A stretch of 64,000 bases of DNA. It comes from a bacterium. GTDB lineage: Bacteria; Zhuqueibacterota; Zhuqueibacteria; Residuimicrobiales; Krinioviventaceae. Under the pieces are notes generated by a model. That model saw only the letters and a program-made list of their open reading frames with translations, was not told the origin of the DNA and ran no database searches. Below, one piece after another: positions 1-10,217 of the stretch; position 1 is the stretch's first letter, and every line of letters begins with the position of its first letter. Position numbers and translations under genes: made by a program. The stretch covers positions 1,216,001 to 1,280,000 of the forward strand of contig OY843751.1 of the NCBI GenBank assembly GCA_963693055.1, written 5' to 3'.

Positions 1-1
1 T

Positions 2-313
2 ATGCGCCTGCTTGAACAAGGTGGAATGCCGGAGGTGGTTTACGCGGCTAATGATCAGATAGCTCAGGGTGTTTACCATGCCTGTGAAGACAAGGGCATA
101 AAAATACCGGAAGATTTAGGTGTAGTTGCCTTTGGGCATGACGATTTTGCAAATATAATGAGCCCCAAATTAACCATAATTGATAATCCCCCGGAATTGT
201 TGGGGAAAACTGCCATAGAGCAGTTGATTGATGAAATGAAAGGAACGCCCAATACCAATCCGTCAACGGTGCTGGTTGATTCACATTTGGTAGTAAACCG
301 GTCTATATTATAA
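2..313 (+). CDS. LacI-family transcriptional regulator, C-terminal sugar-binding domain (5' truncated by window edge)
   Basis: Typical LacI C-terminal motifs: VVYAANDQIAQG, GIKIPEDLGVVAFG, PKLTII, LVVNRS. Confidence 0.88.
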   Translation: MRLLEQGGMPEVVYAANDQIAQGVYHACEDKGIKIPEDLGVVAFGHDDFANIMSPKLTIIDNPPELLGKTAIEQLIDEMKGTPNTNPSTVLVDSHLVVNRSIL

Positions 314-323
314 ATTAACTGGA

Positions 324-2654
324 GTGATACCTTTGAGGCATTTCAAACTCTGTATTCCATTGATCCTGATTAGCGTTTTCTTTTCATGTACGGATACGTC
401 ATCTGTATCAGAGAAAGTGGACTGGAAATCGTTCATGACTCGTCATGACATGATCTGGAAAAAGTTACCAACAGAGTGGAGTCAGGGGCCGTTTTTCGGA
501 AATGGATTGATTGGATCGTTGATCTGGAAGGATGGAGACAAGAACCGTTTTCGGATGCAGGTGTTTCGCTCGGATGTGCAGGAGCACCGTTCCTTTGAAT
601 ATGGACATGCAGGGTATGCCCGCTACCGCATGCAAATTGGTTCTTTTTATTTCGAGCCTGTTGGTGAAATAAAAGGATGTGACTGGCGACTGGATCTGTA
701 TAATGCCGAGCTGGTAGGCACGATCCAAACAGACAAGGGTGAGATCCGTATCCGTCATTTTACCCACTCTCATGATATGATACTCTATACCGAGCTTGAA
801 ACAAGCGGTGATGAAACCGGCTGCAAATGGACCTGGGAGCCAGCTGATCCCTGGCCCACACGACAAGGTTTCCCCGAGTCGGAAGAACAGATTCCCTATG
901 TACAAAAGCGATATGATTCAAAGTTCCCCACAAAGGTTTATGATCGCAATCCTGCCCCCCGGATTGAAGAACGGAATGGCGTGAATGTCTGCATTCAGGA
1001 GCTGACACATGGTGGTCAGCATTCAACCGCCTGGACGCTAAAAGAAAATAATCATCTGCAACAGCATATCGTCTGTATTGCCAAGAGTTGGCCCGATGAA
1101 TCGGCAGTATCGGCCAAGGATGCGGTACATGCTGTACATACCATTGCAGATTTGAATAATTATGATAAATGGAAACAGGTGCATTACGACTGGTGGCACC
1201 AATATTACCCCAAAAGTTTTATTTCCCTCTCCGATACTCGTGCGGAAACGGTATACTGGACACAGATGTACAAACTGGCAAGCGCTTCACGGCATAACCG
1301 TCCTATGATGGATACTGCAGGATTGTGGCAGGTCCCTTCAAGTTGGCCTTTTGTGACCTGGAATCTGAATGTACAATTGTGTTACTGGGCACCTTTTCCT
1401 GCCAACCGCATGGGTGTCGGAGAATCTCTAATTTATAACCTGTGGAAGTTTAGACAAAACCTGATAGACAATGTGATGCCGGAAGAATGGCGCAATGATT
1501 CCGCAATGACCTCTGTGAATTCCGGTAATGATATGGCACAGCCCTGGGGTATGGATAATCGTGATTTTGCCACAAGCCTGGGAAATCTGGTTTGGGCACT
1601 GCATGATGTTTGGCTGCAATATCGCTACAGCATGGATGATGAAATGCTGCGGGAGAAATTGTATCCGTTGCTGCGCCGATCCGTAAACTGGATGCTACAC
1701 CATGTTTATGAAAAAGATGGGGTGTATCACTTGCCGCCTTCAGGTTCACCGGAATATGGCAAGGCGCCTGATTGTAATTATGACCTGGCGTTGTTGCGCT
1801 GGGGATGTGAAACTTTGCTGAAAATTAATGACCATTTGAACCTGAATGATCCTTTGAAAGAAAAATGGCAAGATACTCTGGACCACCTTGTTCCTTTTTA
1901 TATTGATGAAAACGGATACATGGTGGGAGCAGGTGTGCCATTTGTAAATGCTCACCGTCATTACTCTCATTTATTAATGTTTTATCCCTTGTACCTGGTC
2001 AGCCCTGAAGAGCCTGAACAAAAAAAGCTACTTCTCAAATCCCTTAAACATTGGCTCGACACCAATCGTAAGGAATATGAAAGATCGGGTAACTGGGGTG
2101 TGTTTGCTGCATATACCCATACCGGGGCATCATCCATGTACGCTGCACTTGGAGATGGTGATAGGGCATTGGAATATTTGAACGGATTTATTGATTATCC
2201 TTTGGTAAGAAAAAATAGTTTATATGCGGAATCCGGTCCTGTGCTGGAATCTCCGCTTTCAGCTGCACAAAATGTGCACGATATGTTAATCCAGAGCTGG
2301 GGAGCCAAGATTCGTATATTTCCCGCAGTGCCGGAATTGTGGCCTGATGTCATATTCCACAACCTCAGGTCCGAAGGAGGATTCCTGGTCAGCGCGGAAC
2401 GAAAAGCTGGCTCCCTGCAATGGATTCGTGTAACCAGCCTTGCAGGTGAACCCTGTACGTTGAAGGTTGATTTTGATGCACCGTATGAAATGGAACTTGG
2501 CGGTAAGACAACAACCTGCAATGCTGAACAAAAAATAGTATCTATTAATCTTTTAAAAGACCAAACCGTTCTATTAAAAATACCCGGAACCAAACCTAAA
2601 GTCCATGCCGTACCTGCTCAGACTGAAAATCTCAACTGGTATGGAGTGAAATGA
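324..2654 (+). CDS. GH95-like alpha-L-fucosidase / alpha-L-galactosidase, probable lipoprotein
   Basis: GPFFGNG N-terminus, TWNLNVQLCYW, SPEYG, HRHYSHLLMFYP, IRIFPAVP..W, LRSEGGFLVSA. Lipobox-like FFSC. The true start may be TTG at 333, after GGAG. Confidence 0.8.
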   Translation: MIPLRHFKLCIPLILISVFFSCTDTSSVSEKVDWKSFMTRHDMIWKKLPTEWSQGPFFGNGLIGSLIWKDGDKNRFRMQVFRSDVQEHRSFEYGHAGYARYRMQIGSFYFEPVGEIKGCDWRLDLYNAELVGTIQTDKGEIRIRHFTHSHDMILYTELETSGDETGCKWTWEPADPWPTRQGFPESEEQIPYVQKRYDSKFPTKVYDRNPAPRIEERNGVNVCIQELTHGGQHSTAWTLKENNHLQQHIVCIAKSWPDESAVSAKDAVHAVHTIADLNNYDKWKQVHYDWWHQYYPKSFISLSDTRAETVYWTQMYKLASASRHNRPMMDTAGLWQVPSSWPFVTWNLNVQLCYWAPFPANRMGVGESLIYNLWKFRQNLIDNVMPEEWRNDSAMTSVNSGNDMAQPWGMDNRDFATSLGNLVWALHDVWLQYRYSMDDEMLREKLYPLLRRSVNWMLHHVYEKDGVYHLPPSGSPEYGKAPDCNYDLALLRWGCETLLKINDHLNLNDPLKEKWQDTLDHLVPFYIDENGYMVGAGVPFVNAHRHYSHLLMFYPLYLVSPEEPEQKKLLLKSLKHWLDTNRKEYERSGNWGVFAAYTHTGASSMYAALGDGDRALEYLNGFIDYPLVRKNSLYAESGPVLESPLSAAQNVHDMLIQSWGAKIRIFPAVPELWPDVIFHNLRSEGGFLVSAERKAGSLQWIRVTSLAGEPCTLKVDFDAPYEMELGGKTTTCNAEQKIVSINLLKDQTVLLKIPGTKPKVHAVPAQTENLNWYGVK

Positions 2655-3622
2655 AAATAAAATATATACTTTTGCTTTTTTTATTATCTGTTTCCATTAT
2701 TTATGCTAAAAGTAATTTGCTGGGAGCACTGTCTTCCCCAATTCTATTCAAGGGTGATGATACAAACGCTTATCGTGATCCTGCGGTTCTGTATATTAAT
2801 CAAACCTTTTATCTCTTTTTTACGCTGGTGCAGGTAGAGCCTGATGGCGCAGTTTATTCATATACCGCGCAGAGCAAAAGTCGTGATCTGCAAGACTGGA
2901 GCACACCGGTGATTATAACGCCAAAGGGGCAGGACCTCAACTATTGCAGTCCCGGAAACGTTATACGATATCAAGACCAATGGGTGCTGTGTTTACAAAC
3001 CTATCCACGTCCCGGATATAATATTAAAGATCAACCGGTTTACGGTAACCAGACTGCCCGGATTTTTATCATGAAAAGCAATGATCTGGAGTATTGGTCA
3101 CAGCCGGAGCTGCTCCGGGTTAAAGGACCCAATATACCGGTTCAAGATATGGGACGTATGATTGATCCTTATCTGATTAAAGACAAGTATGATTCCGCTA
3201 AATGGTGGTGTTTTTATAAACAGAACGGTGTCAGCATGTCATGGTCCAGGGATCTGGAAAATTGGACCTTTTTCGGGCATACTCAATCCGGTGAAAATGT
3301 GTGTGTGCTGGTAGAAGATGATGAATATGTGCTGTTTCATTCACCTTCCAATGGTATTGGGATCAAACGATCATCTGATCTGAAAACATGGCAGGACCAG
3401 AGTAGATTGATCACATTGGGCCAGAAAAATTGGCCCTGGGCGCAAGGACGATTGACAGCCGCTACAGTAATTGATTTGCGCCATGTACCGGGTATTGAGA
3501 AATATGTTATGTTTTTTCATGGATCCGGGCCTGAGCCTGAATCGAAAATGTTTGATCAGTATGCAAGTATAGGTATTGCATGGAGCAAGGATTTATTAAC
3601 TTGGGAGTGGCCGGGAAAATGA
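2651..3622 (+). CDS. Secreted five-bladed beta-propeller glycoside hydrolase (GH43/32/117/130-like)
   Basis: Signal peptide; RDPAV and MIDPYL motifs; repeated S.DL..W Asp-box-like turns; ATGA overlaps with both neighbours. Confidence 0.65.
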   Translation: MKIKYILLLFLLSVSIIYAKSNLLGALSSPILFKGDDTNAYRDPAVLYINQTFYLFFTLVQVEPDGAVYSYTAQSKSRDLQDWSTPVIITPKGQDLNYCSPGNVIRYQDQWVLCLQTYPRPGYNIKDQPVYGNQTARIFIMKSNDLEYWSQPELLRVKGPNIPVQDMGRMIDPYLIKDKYDSAKWWCFYKQNGVSMSWSRDLENWTFFGHTQSGENVCVLVEDDEYVLFHSPSNGIGIKRSSDLKTWQDQSRLITLGQKNWPWAQGRLTAATVIDLRHVPGIEKYVMFFHGSGPEPESKMFDQYASIGIAWSKDLLTWEWPGK

Positions 3623-4632
3623 AAAAAACTGTATTGATGCTAATTATATGTTTTCTATTGTCTCAATCTATTGTATTGGCACAGCATAAGCCCATTATTG
3701 AGCGTTTATTGCCTGTTCCCAAAGAGGGTGGGTTTAAAATGGACGGTTACTTTGTTTGGGGAGGCTCGTTAATTAAAGCGGATGGCAAATACCATCTCTT
3801 TGCATCCCGATGGCCGACTTGGGAGACTTTGGGAAAGGAATTTGTCGAGAACGGTCCGGTGAGTATATTGGGCTTGTACCGCGAGTATTCCGAGATCGTT
3901 CATGCGGAAGCAGATGATCCGTTGGGCCCCTATACCTTTAAAGACGTGGTTGTGTCCGGTCGTGGTGACGGCTATTGGGATGGGCAAATGTGTCATAATC
4001 CTAAAATCATCAAGATTGATGATGAATATGTTTTGTTTTACATTGGTAGATATACTGACCGTCCTGAACGCAAAGTAGGCTATGCGGTTGCGTCTTCAAT
4101 TAACGGACCCTGGAAAAGAAGCGAAACACAAATCTTGTTGACCGAAGATGCCAACAATCCTGCACCCTATGTGAATAAAGATGGTAGCGTCTTGTTGTCT
4201 TTTCGTGACAGGCATCTTGCAAACTTTATTGTCAAAGCGGAAGCCTATGATGGAGATTACGAGTTTTTAGCAGGAAATATAACACCGGGTAAAGCGTTTG
4301 AAGACGCTTCAATATTCTACAAAGACAATGTTTACCATATGGTAATGGAAGATAATCGAGGATTATTTACCGGACATGTTCGTCATGGTGCGCACCTGGT
4401 ATCGGAGGATGCTATAACCTGGAAAGTTTTTGATCCTGTTCATATATATACACACACTGTACAATGGAATGATGGCACGGAAACCACGTTTGACCGACGA
4501 GAACGTCCAGAGTTGGTCAATCTGGATAATCCCCCAGAACGCAAGTATGATGGAGAACCCACACATCTGCTCACCGGTGCACAAATAGGTATGACGAGTT
4601 GGTGCATTATTCAAGAGATTGCAAAAGAATAA
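3619..4632 (+). CDS. Secreted GH43-like beta-propeller glycoside hydrolase
   Basis: VWGGSLIK..GKYHLFASRWP, HNPKI, NNPAP, EDA.I, RRERP. ATG at 3619 overlaps the upstream TGA and is followed by a signal peptide. Confidence 0.72.
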   Translation: MKKTVLMLIICFLLSQSIVLAQHKPIIERLLPVPKEGGFKMDGYFVWGGSLIKADGKYHLFASRWPTWETLGKEFVENGPVSILGLYREYSEIVHAEADDPLGPYTFKDVVVSGRGDGYWDGQMCHNPKIIKIDDEYVLFYIGRYTDRPERKVGYAVASSINGPWKRSETQILLTEDANNPAPYVNKDGSVLLSFRDRHLANFIVKAEAYDGDYEFLAGNITPGKAFEDASIFYKDNVYHMVMEDNRGLFTGHVRHGAHLVSEDAITWKVFDPVHIYTHTVQWNDGTETTFDRRERPELVNLDNPPERKYDGEPTHLLTGAQIGMTSWCIIQEIAKE

Positions 4633-4656
4633 GTAATTTTGTTGGAGGTTGGCAAG

Positions 4657-6132
4657 ATGAAAGTTAAACTTTTTTTGATATGCATAATACTAACAGGTTT
4701 TATTACTACTGCAACTGCAGTGGAATACAAAACCAAAGCATACGAACCAGAATGGGAGTCATTGATCCAGCATCCCACACCGGACTGGTTCAAAGATGCC
4801 AAGTTTGGTATTTATTTCCATTGGGGTGTGTATTCTGTCCCGGCACATGGTAATGAATGGTATCCGCGTAATATGTATCGTAAGGACAGTAAATTGTTCA
4901 ACTGGCACCGAGAGAATTGGGGGCCGCAGGAAGAATTTGGTTACAAGGATTTTATTCCCATGTTTACTGCTGAAAAATTCAACGCGGATGATTGGGTAGA
5001 TTTGTTTGTGAAATCAGGAGCGAAATTTGTCGGACCGGTTGCCGAACACCATGACGGTTTTGCCATGTGGGCAAGTAAACTAACGGATTGGGATGCAGGT
5101 GATATGGGACCCAAGCGCGATATTGTAGGTGAATTAGCAGAGGCTGTTAGAAAGCGTAAAGGATTAAAGTTTTTAACTTCATTTCATCATGCGTATAACT
5201 GGAAGTATTATGAACCCGCTTATGATTATGATGCCGGTGATGCACGTTTTGCAGGATTGTACAATTTACCGCATGCTGATGGTGCTCCCGAATCGGATGA
5301 TTTTTTAGAGGACTGGCTGGGTAAATTAATTGAAGTGATTGACAATTATCAACCGGATTATATCTGGTTTGATTTTGGCTGGCGTGAACATACTTTTGAT
5401 GCCTATAAGCGAGAATTCCTTGCTTATTACTATAACAAGGCAGAAGAGTGGGGCAAAGATGTGGTTGTTTCGTACAAACATGAACATTTACCTGTTGGTG
5501 CGGGAGTTTTGGATATGGAACGCGGTCGTCTGGATTCTTTGCGCCAGATTTACTGGATTACCGATACTTCTATTGATAAAGTATCATGGTGTTACGTAGA
5601 GCATCCTGATTACAAGGATGTCAATACCATGGTTGACAATCTGGTAGACCGGGTTAGTAAAAACGGTAATACCCTGATGAATATTGCACCCCGCGCAGAC
5701 GGGACCATTCCCGAAGGGCAAAAAGAACGGCTGCTGGGTATTGGTAAATGGCTGGGCGTAAACGGTGAAGCCATATACGGTACACGGCACTGGTTTAAAT
5801 ATGGAGAAGGTCCTACCCAGTTCAAAGGTGGTGGTTTTATTGATAAAAAGAAACTTGTATATACGGCAAAGGATGTGCGGTTTACCACCAAAGGCAATAC
5901 TTTGTACGCAATTGCATTGGATTGGCCCGAGAATGAATTAACTGTTGAATCGCTCAAGGTTTTGGATGCAGATCAAATTAAATCGGTTTCACTTTTGGGA
6001 AGTAAAGAAAAGGTTGACTGGGAAATGACAGAAACCGGTTTGAAATTGGTAATGCCCAAAAATAAACCTTGTGAACATGCATATTCTTTCAAGATTGAAT
6101 ATGGCGTGCGTTTGCCCCGTTCGGCAAATTAA
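4657..6132 (+). CDS. GH29 alpha-L-fucosidase (or alpha-L-galactosidase)
   Basis: PDWFKDAKFGIYFHWGVYSVP, AEHHDGFAMW, YIWFD nucleophile, VSKNGNTLMNIAPRADGTIP. RBS GGAGG and signal peptide. Confidence 0.93.
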   Translation: MKVKLFLICIILTGFITTATAVEYKTKAYEPEWESLIQHPTPDWFKDAKFGIYFHWGVYSVPAHGNEWYPRNMYRKDSKLFNWHRENWGPQEEFGYKDFIPMFTAEKFNADDWVDLFVKSGAKFVGPVAEHHDGFAMWASKLTDWDAGDMGPKRDIVGELAEAVRKRKGLKFLTSFHHAYNWKYYEPAYDYDAGDARFAGLYNLPHADGAPESDDFLEDWLGKLIEVIDNYQPDYIWFDFGWREHTFDAYKREFLAYYYNKAEEWGKDVVVSYKHEHLPVGAGVLDMERGRLDSLRQIYWITDTSIDKVSWCYVEHPDYKDVNTMVDNLVDRVSKNGNTLMNIAPRADGTIPEGQKERLLGIGKWLGVNGEAIYGTRHWFKYGEGPTQFKGGGFIDKKKLVYTAKDVRFTTKGNTLYAIALDWPENELTVESLKVLDADQIKSVSLLGSKEKVDWEMTETGLKLVMPKNKPCEHAYSFKIEYGVRLPRSAN

Positions 6133-6176
6133 AGATGTACTTTTGATGGTTTTATCTTTTAATAAATGGATTTTTG

Positions 6177-7721
6177 ATGCATAGACGCTCGTTTTTGAAA
6201 TCATTTTCAGTTGCAATGGGGACTGCATTGGCAGGTGGATTTTTAAATTGTCAACGCGCTCAAACCCAGCCCAATATAGTCTTTATTTTAGCAGATGATT
6301 TGGGATATGGAGAGTTGGGTTGCTATGGTCAGGAAAAGATTGAAACTCCCAATATTGACAAGCTGGCAACAACCGGAATGCGATTTACACAGTTTTATTC
6401 AGGCGCACCGGTATGTGCCCCGGCAAGATGTGTACTGCTTACCGGTAAACATAGCGGTCACGCTTATATCCGCGGTAATGATGAATGGGCCTCTCGCGGG
6501 GATGTTTGGGATTATGCCAAGATGGTCGAGGACCCCAATCTGGAAGGACAGCGACCCTTGCCGCAGGATACCGTCACTATCGGAAAACTGTTACAAACTG
6601 CCGGATATAAAACTGCGGTTGTAGGCAAGTGGGGACTGGGTGCACCCAATACTGAAGGCATCCCCAACAAGCAAGGCTTTGATTTCTTTTATGGGTATAA
6701 TTGTCAAAGACAAGCGCATATCTATTATCCCAAACATCTTTGGAAGAATACTAATAAACACTGGCTGGACAATGAACTGGTTATACCCAATACCAAGCTT
6801 GATAAAGATGCGGATCCTTATGATCCTGCCAGTTATGCAAAATTTAGTCAAAAATATTATGCCCCGGATTATATGTTTCATGAGATCCTCAATTTTGTGG
6901 ATGAGAATAAAAATACACCATTTTTTCTGTACTGGGCAACCCCCATTCCACATGTGTCTTTACAGGCCCCACAGAATTGGGTAGAAACATATGTGAAAAA
7001 GTTTGGTGATGAAGAACCATACCTGGGAGATATGGGGTATCTGCCGCACCGGTATCCACATGCTGCTTATGCGGCTATGGTTTCATATCTGGATGACCAG
7101 GTTGGTCAATTGATTGAAAAATTGAAATCATTGGGCATTTATGATAATACATTGATTATATTTACATCTGATAATGGTCCAACTTATGCGGGTGGGGCAG
7201 ATTCGGAATATTTCAATAGTGCATCTCCATTTTCAAATAAAAGGGAGCGCATTAAAGGCAATGTCTATGAAGGAGGGGTCCGAGTACCCATGCTTGCATC
7301 CTGGCCACGCAGGATTCAGGCGGGTTCACAATCGGTCCACATGGCAGCGTTTTATGATGTGCTCCCGACTTTATGTGAGGTGAGTGGTACAGTCGTTCCA
7401 GAGGATACGGATGGAATCAGCTTTTTACCGGAACTGCTGGGGAATGAGCAAAAGAGCCACGAGTTTCTGTATTGGGAGTTTCCTGGTTATGGTGGTCAGC
7501 AGGCTGTCAGAATGGGAGACTGGAAAGGCATTAGACGTGATCTGCAAAAAGGAGCGTCTGAAATTGCATTATATAATCTAGCCGACGATATTAAAGAAGA
7601 GCATAATGTTGCTGATAAATATCCCGATGTTGTAAAAAAGATTAGAGAAATAATGCAGCGTGAGCATGCCATTCCCCGGATTAAACGATTTCGTATAAAA
7701 GGTATGGGAGATATCGCTTAA
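6177..7721 (+). CDS. Arylsulfatase (S1 formylglycine-dependent), Tat-exported, possibly lipoprotein
   Basis: HRRSFLK twin-arginine motif; PNIVFILADDLG; CAPAR (CxPxR); GKWGLG; FTSDNG; YEGGVRVP. Confidence 0.93.
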   Translation: MHRRSFLKSFSVAMGTALAGGFLNCQRAQTQPNIVFILADDLGYGELGCYGQEKIETPNIDKLATTGMRFTQFYSGAPVCAPARCVLLTGKHSGHAYIRGNDEWASRGDVWDYAKMVEDPNLEGQRPLPQDTVTIGKLLQTAGYKTAVVGKWGLGAPNTEGIPNKQGFDFFYGYNCQRQAHIYYPKHLWKNTNKHWLDNELVIPNTKLDKDADPYDPASYAKFSQKYYAPDYMFHEILNFVDENKNTPFFLYWATPIPHVSLQAPQNWVETYVKKFGDEEPYLGDMGYLPHRYPHAAYAAMVSYLDDQVGQLIEKLKSLGIYDNTLIIFTSDNGPTYAGGADSEYFNSASPFSNKRERIKGNVYEGGVRVPMLASWPRRIQAGSQSVHMAAFYDVLPTLCEVSGTVVPEDTDGISFLPELLGNEQKSHEFLYWEFPGYGGQQAVRMGDWKGIRRDLQKGASEIALYNLADDIKEEHNVADKYPDVVKKIREIMQREHAIPRIKRFRIKGMGDIA

Positions 7722-7816
7722 AAAGCTGTAAATTAACATGTATTTTAATTTTTTTTTTTGTATACTAGAATTGATATAAACTATGTGAAGTAATTGTCAA
7801 TAAAAAGGAATTGTTT

Positions 7817-9064
7817 ATGCAAATTGGAAAATATTCATTTGGTGTTGGTGACCGTTTTGGCCACCAGGGAAAAGCACAACTGGCAGCATTTATTGAAGCC
7901 AAAAAACTGGGAGTAGATATTTCACCGGTTTGGAATAAATCATATCGTGAACATTCAACTATTCATACAAATCCTCAAGATACGCGTATGGAAGCCGATG
8001 AAGCTGTAAAGACATTGAACTGGGATGCCCCTTATTATGTAGATGCCGATCATATAAATATGAACAATGTTGATGGATTTATTGCATACAGTGATTTTTT
8101 TACATTGGATGTAGCGGATTATATTGGTAAAAAAGCAGAAGATGATACCATTCAGTCTTTTTACAAAAATAACGAAAAGTATTTGGGCTCTTTAAGCATT
8201 CCGGGAATTGATGAAACATTCGAGATCACCCAGGACCAATTAATGGGAATTGGTGTCAAGTATTTGTTTGCGGTTCAGGAAGCTGGTCGTATTTATCGCC
8301 ATATTCTGGAAACCAAAGGTAAAGATAATATGGTTATTGAGGTTTCCATGGATGAAACCGATGAACCTCAAACACCTGTTGAAATGTTTTTTATCCTTTC
8401 CGCAATTGCCGCAGAAGGTATTCCCGCACAGACTGTTGCACCCAAGTTTACCGGTCGTTTTAACAAAGGTGTGGATTATGTAGGAAACCTGGAACAGTTT
8501 ACCAAAGAATTTGAGCAAGACCTTGCAGTCGTCAGTTTTGCTGTTAAAGAATTTGGCATGCAGGAAAATTTGAAATTGAGTGTACACTCGGGAAGTGACA
8601 AGTTTTCAATTTATAAACCTATCCGCAAAGCCCTCCGCAAGTTTGATGCTGGTTTGCATCTCAAAACCGCAGGCACTACCTGGTTGGAAGAATTGATCGG
8701 TCTGGCTATGGCGGGTGGAGAAGGTTTGGAACTCGCCAAAGACGTTTACAGGGTTGCCTATGATCGTTTTGATGAATTGTGCAAACCTTATGCTACAGTG
8801 ATTGATATTGATGTAGAGAAACTTCCTGCTCCCTCTGTAGTAGATGAATGGGATGGAGACATGTATTCGGAATCGCTGCGTCATGATCAGAGTAATCCCC
8901 GTTATAATCTGCATTTTAGACAATTGCTACACGTAGGTTACAAAGTAGCAGCAGAAAAAGGTGACGAATACCTGGGTGCATTAAAGAAATTCAGTGATAT
9001 TGTTGCCAAGAACGTAACCGAGAACATTCTCGACCGTCATGTTAAACCCCTGTTTCTTGATTGA
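7817..9064 (+). CDS. uxaE: Tagaturonate/fructuronate epimerase (UxaE family)
   Basis: SFGVGDRF, YYVDADHI, EVSMDETDEPQ, KLSVHSGSDKFSIY, HLKTAGTTWLEE. Confidence 0.85.
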   Translation: MQIGKYSFGVGDRFGHQGKAQLAAFIEAKKLGVDISPVWNKSYREHSTIHTNPQDTRMEADEAVKTLNWDAPYYVDADHINMNNVDGFIAYSDFFTLDVADYIGKKAEDDTIQSFYKNNEKYLGSLSIPGIDETFEITQDQLMGIGVKYLFAVQEAGRIYRHILETKGKDNMVIEVSMDETDEPQTPVEMFFILSAIAAEGIPAQTVAPKFTGRFNKGVDYVGNLEQFTKEFEQDLAVVSFAVKEFGMQENLKLSVHSGSDKFSIYKPIRKALRKFDAGLHLKTAGTTWLEELIGLAMAGGEGLELAKDVYRVAYDRFDELCKPYATVIDIDVEKLPAPSVVDEWDGDMYSESLRHDQSNPRYNLHFRQLLHVGYKVAAEKGDEYLGALKKFSDIVAKNVTENILDRHVKPLFLD

Positions 9065-9084
9065 TCTATTTTTGAGGTAAGAAT

Positions 9085-10119
9085 TTGAAATGCGCACAAT
9101 TTCCGGGGGTGCGAAATATAGAATTGACCGAATTGGAACAGCCCGTTATTAAGAATGACGATGATGTTTTGATTCGTGTGGGTTCAGTTGGAGTATGTGG
9201 TTCGGACATCCACTATTATGTGGATGGCCGGATCGGGGACCAGGTTTTAGACTTTCCTTATATTCCGGGACACGAGTGTTCCGGTACAGTTGTAAAAACG
9301 GGCAAAAAAGTCAAACATATTAAACCAGGAGACAAGATTGCTGTTGAACCGGCTGTCTCTTGTGGCAAGTGCGATCAGTGCCTGGCAGGACGTGAAAATA
9401 CATGCCGCGAATTAAAATTTCTGGGTACTCCCGGAGAGCTGCGTGGATGTATGACTGAGTACCTGATTATGCCTGAACGTAACTGTTTTTTACTACCTGC
9501 CGGAATGACCCTTGAGCAGGGTGCTTTTGCCGAACCGTTATCCATATCCATATATGGATTAAAATATGTGAAAGAGATGGATGGCAAAAAGATGGCAATT
9601 CTTGGTTCGGGACCTATAGGCTTGACCGCTTTACTTGAAGCGCGTTTTAGAGGTGCGGAAACCTTGTACGTTACAGACAAGCTGGACAATCGTCTGCTCA
9701 CCGCAAAAAAGTGTGGAGCAGACTGGATCGGGAATCCCGATGATGAAGATATTGTGCAGGCTATCCTGGAAAAAGAACCCCTGGGTCTTGATGTTGTTGC
9801 GGAATGCTGTGGACAACAGGAAGCCATTGACCAGGCTGTAGATCTGTTAAAGCCGGGAGGTATACTGTTGTTAATAGGTATACCAACTGTTGATCGCATA
9901 TCTTTTAATATTAGCCGATTGCGTAGAAAAGAGATTACCATATACAATGTACGCAGACAAAATGATTGTTTGGGATTGGCTGTTGAACGTATTCACAAGG
10001 GACAGGTAAAAATTGATTCCTTGATAACACATTCCGGGAATTTGTCTCAAACAAAGGAATTTTATGATATGGTTGCAGATTACAAAGATGGAGTAATCAA
10101 AGCTATGATTACTATATAA
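9085..10119 (+). CDS. Zn-dependent MDR dehydrogenase (sorbitol/sugar-acid dehydrogenase-like)
   Basis: GVCGSDIHYY, GHE, structural Zn CxxCxxC...C, GSGPIG. TTG start after GAGG. Confidence 0.88.
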   Translation: MKCAQFPGVRNIELTELEQPVIKNDDDVLIRVGSVGVCGSDIHYYVDGRIGDQVLDFPYIPGHECSGTVVKTGKKVKHIKPGDKIAVEPAVSCGKCDQCLAGRENTCRELKFLGTPGELRGCMTEYLIMPERNCFLLPAGMTLEQGAFAEPLSISIYGLKYVKEMDGKKMAILGSGPIGLTALLEARFRGAETLYVTDKLDNRLLTAKKCGADWIGNPDDEDIVQAILEKEPLGLDVVAECCGQQEAIDQAVDLLKPGGILLLIGIPTVDRISFNISRLRRKEITIYNVRRQNDCLGLAVERIHKGQVKIDSLITHSGNLSQTKEFYDMVADYKDGVIKAMITI

Positions 10120-10126
10120 GTTTGTT

Positions 10127-10162
10127 TTCCCAATAATTGGTTTTTGATTATTGGGAATTTTT
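10127..10162 (+). terminator. Probable intrinsic terminator
   Basis: TTCCCAATAAT / ATTATTGGGAA stem followed by a T run, just after the stop codon at 10119. Confidence 0.55.
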
Positions 10163-10217
10163 ATTTATTTTTACTTACTCGAGTAATTAATCGGGTATTT
10201 TGCAGTAAGGATGATGT

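Noticed and set aside
7749-7759. T11 tract upstream of uxaE as a phase-variation switch
   Set aside because: A single homopolymer in AT-rich intergenic DNA with no convincing -35 element; cannot be supported without read-level data.
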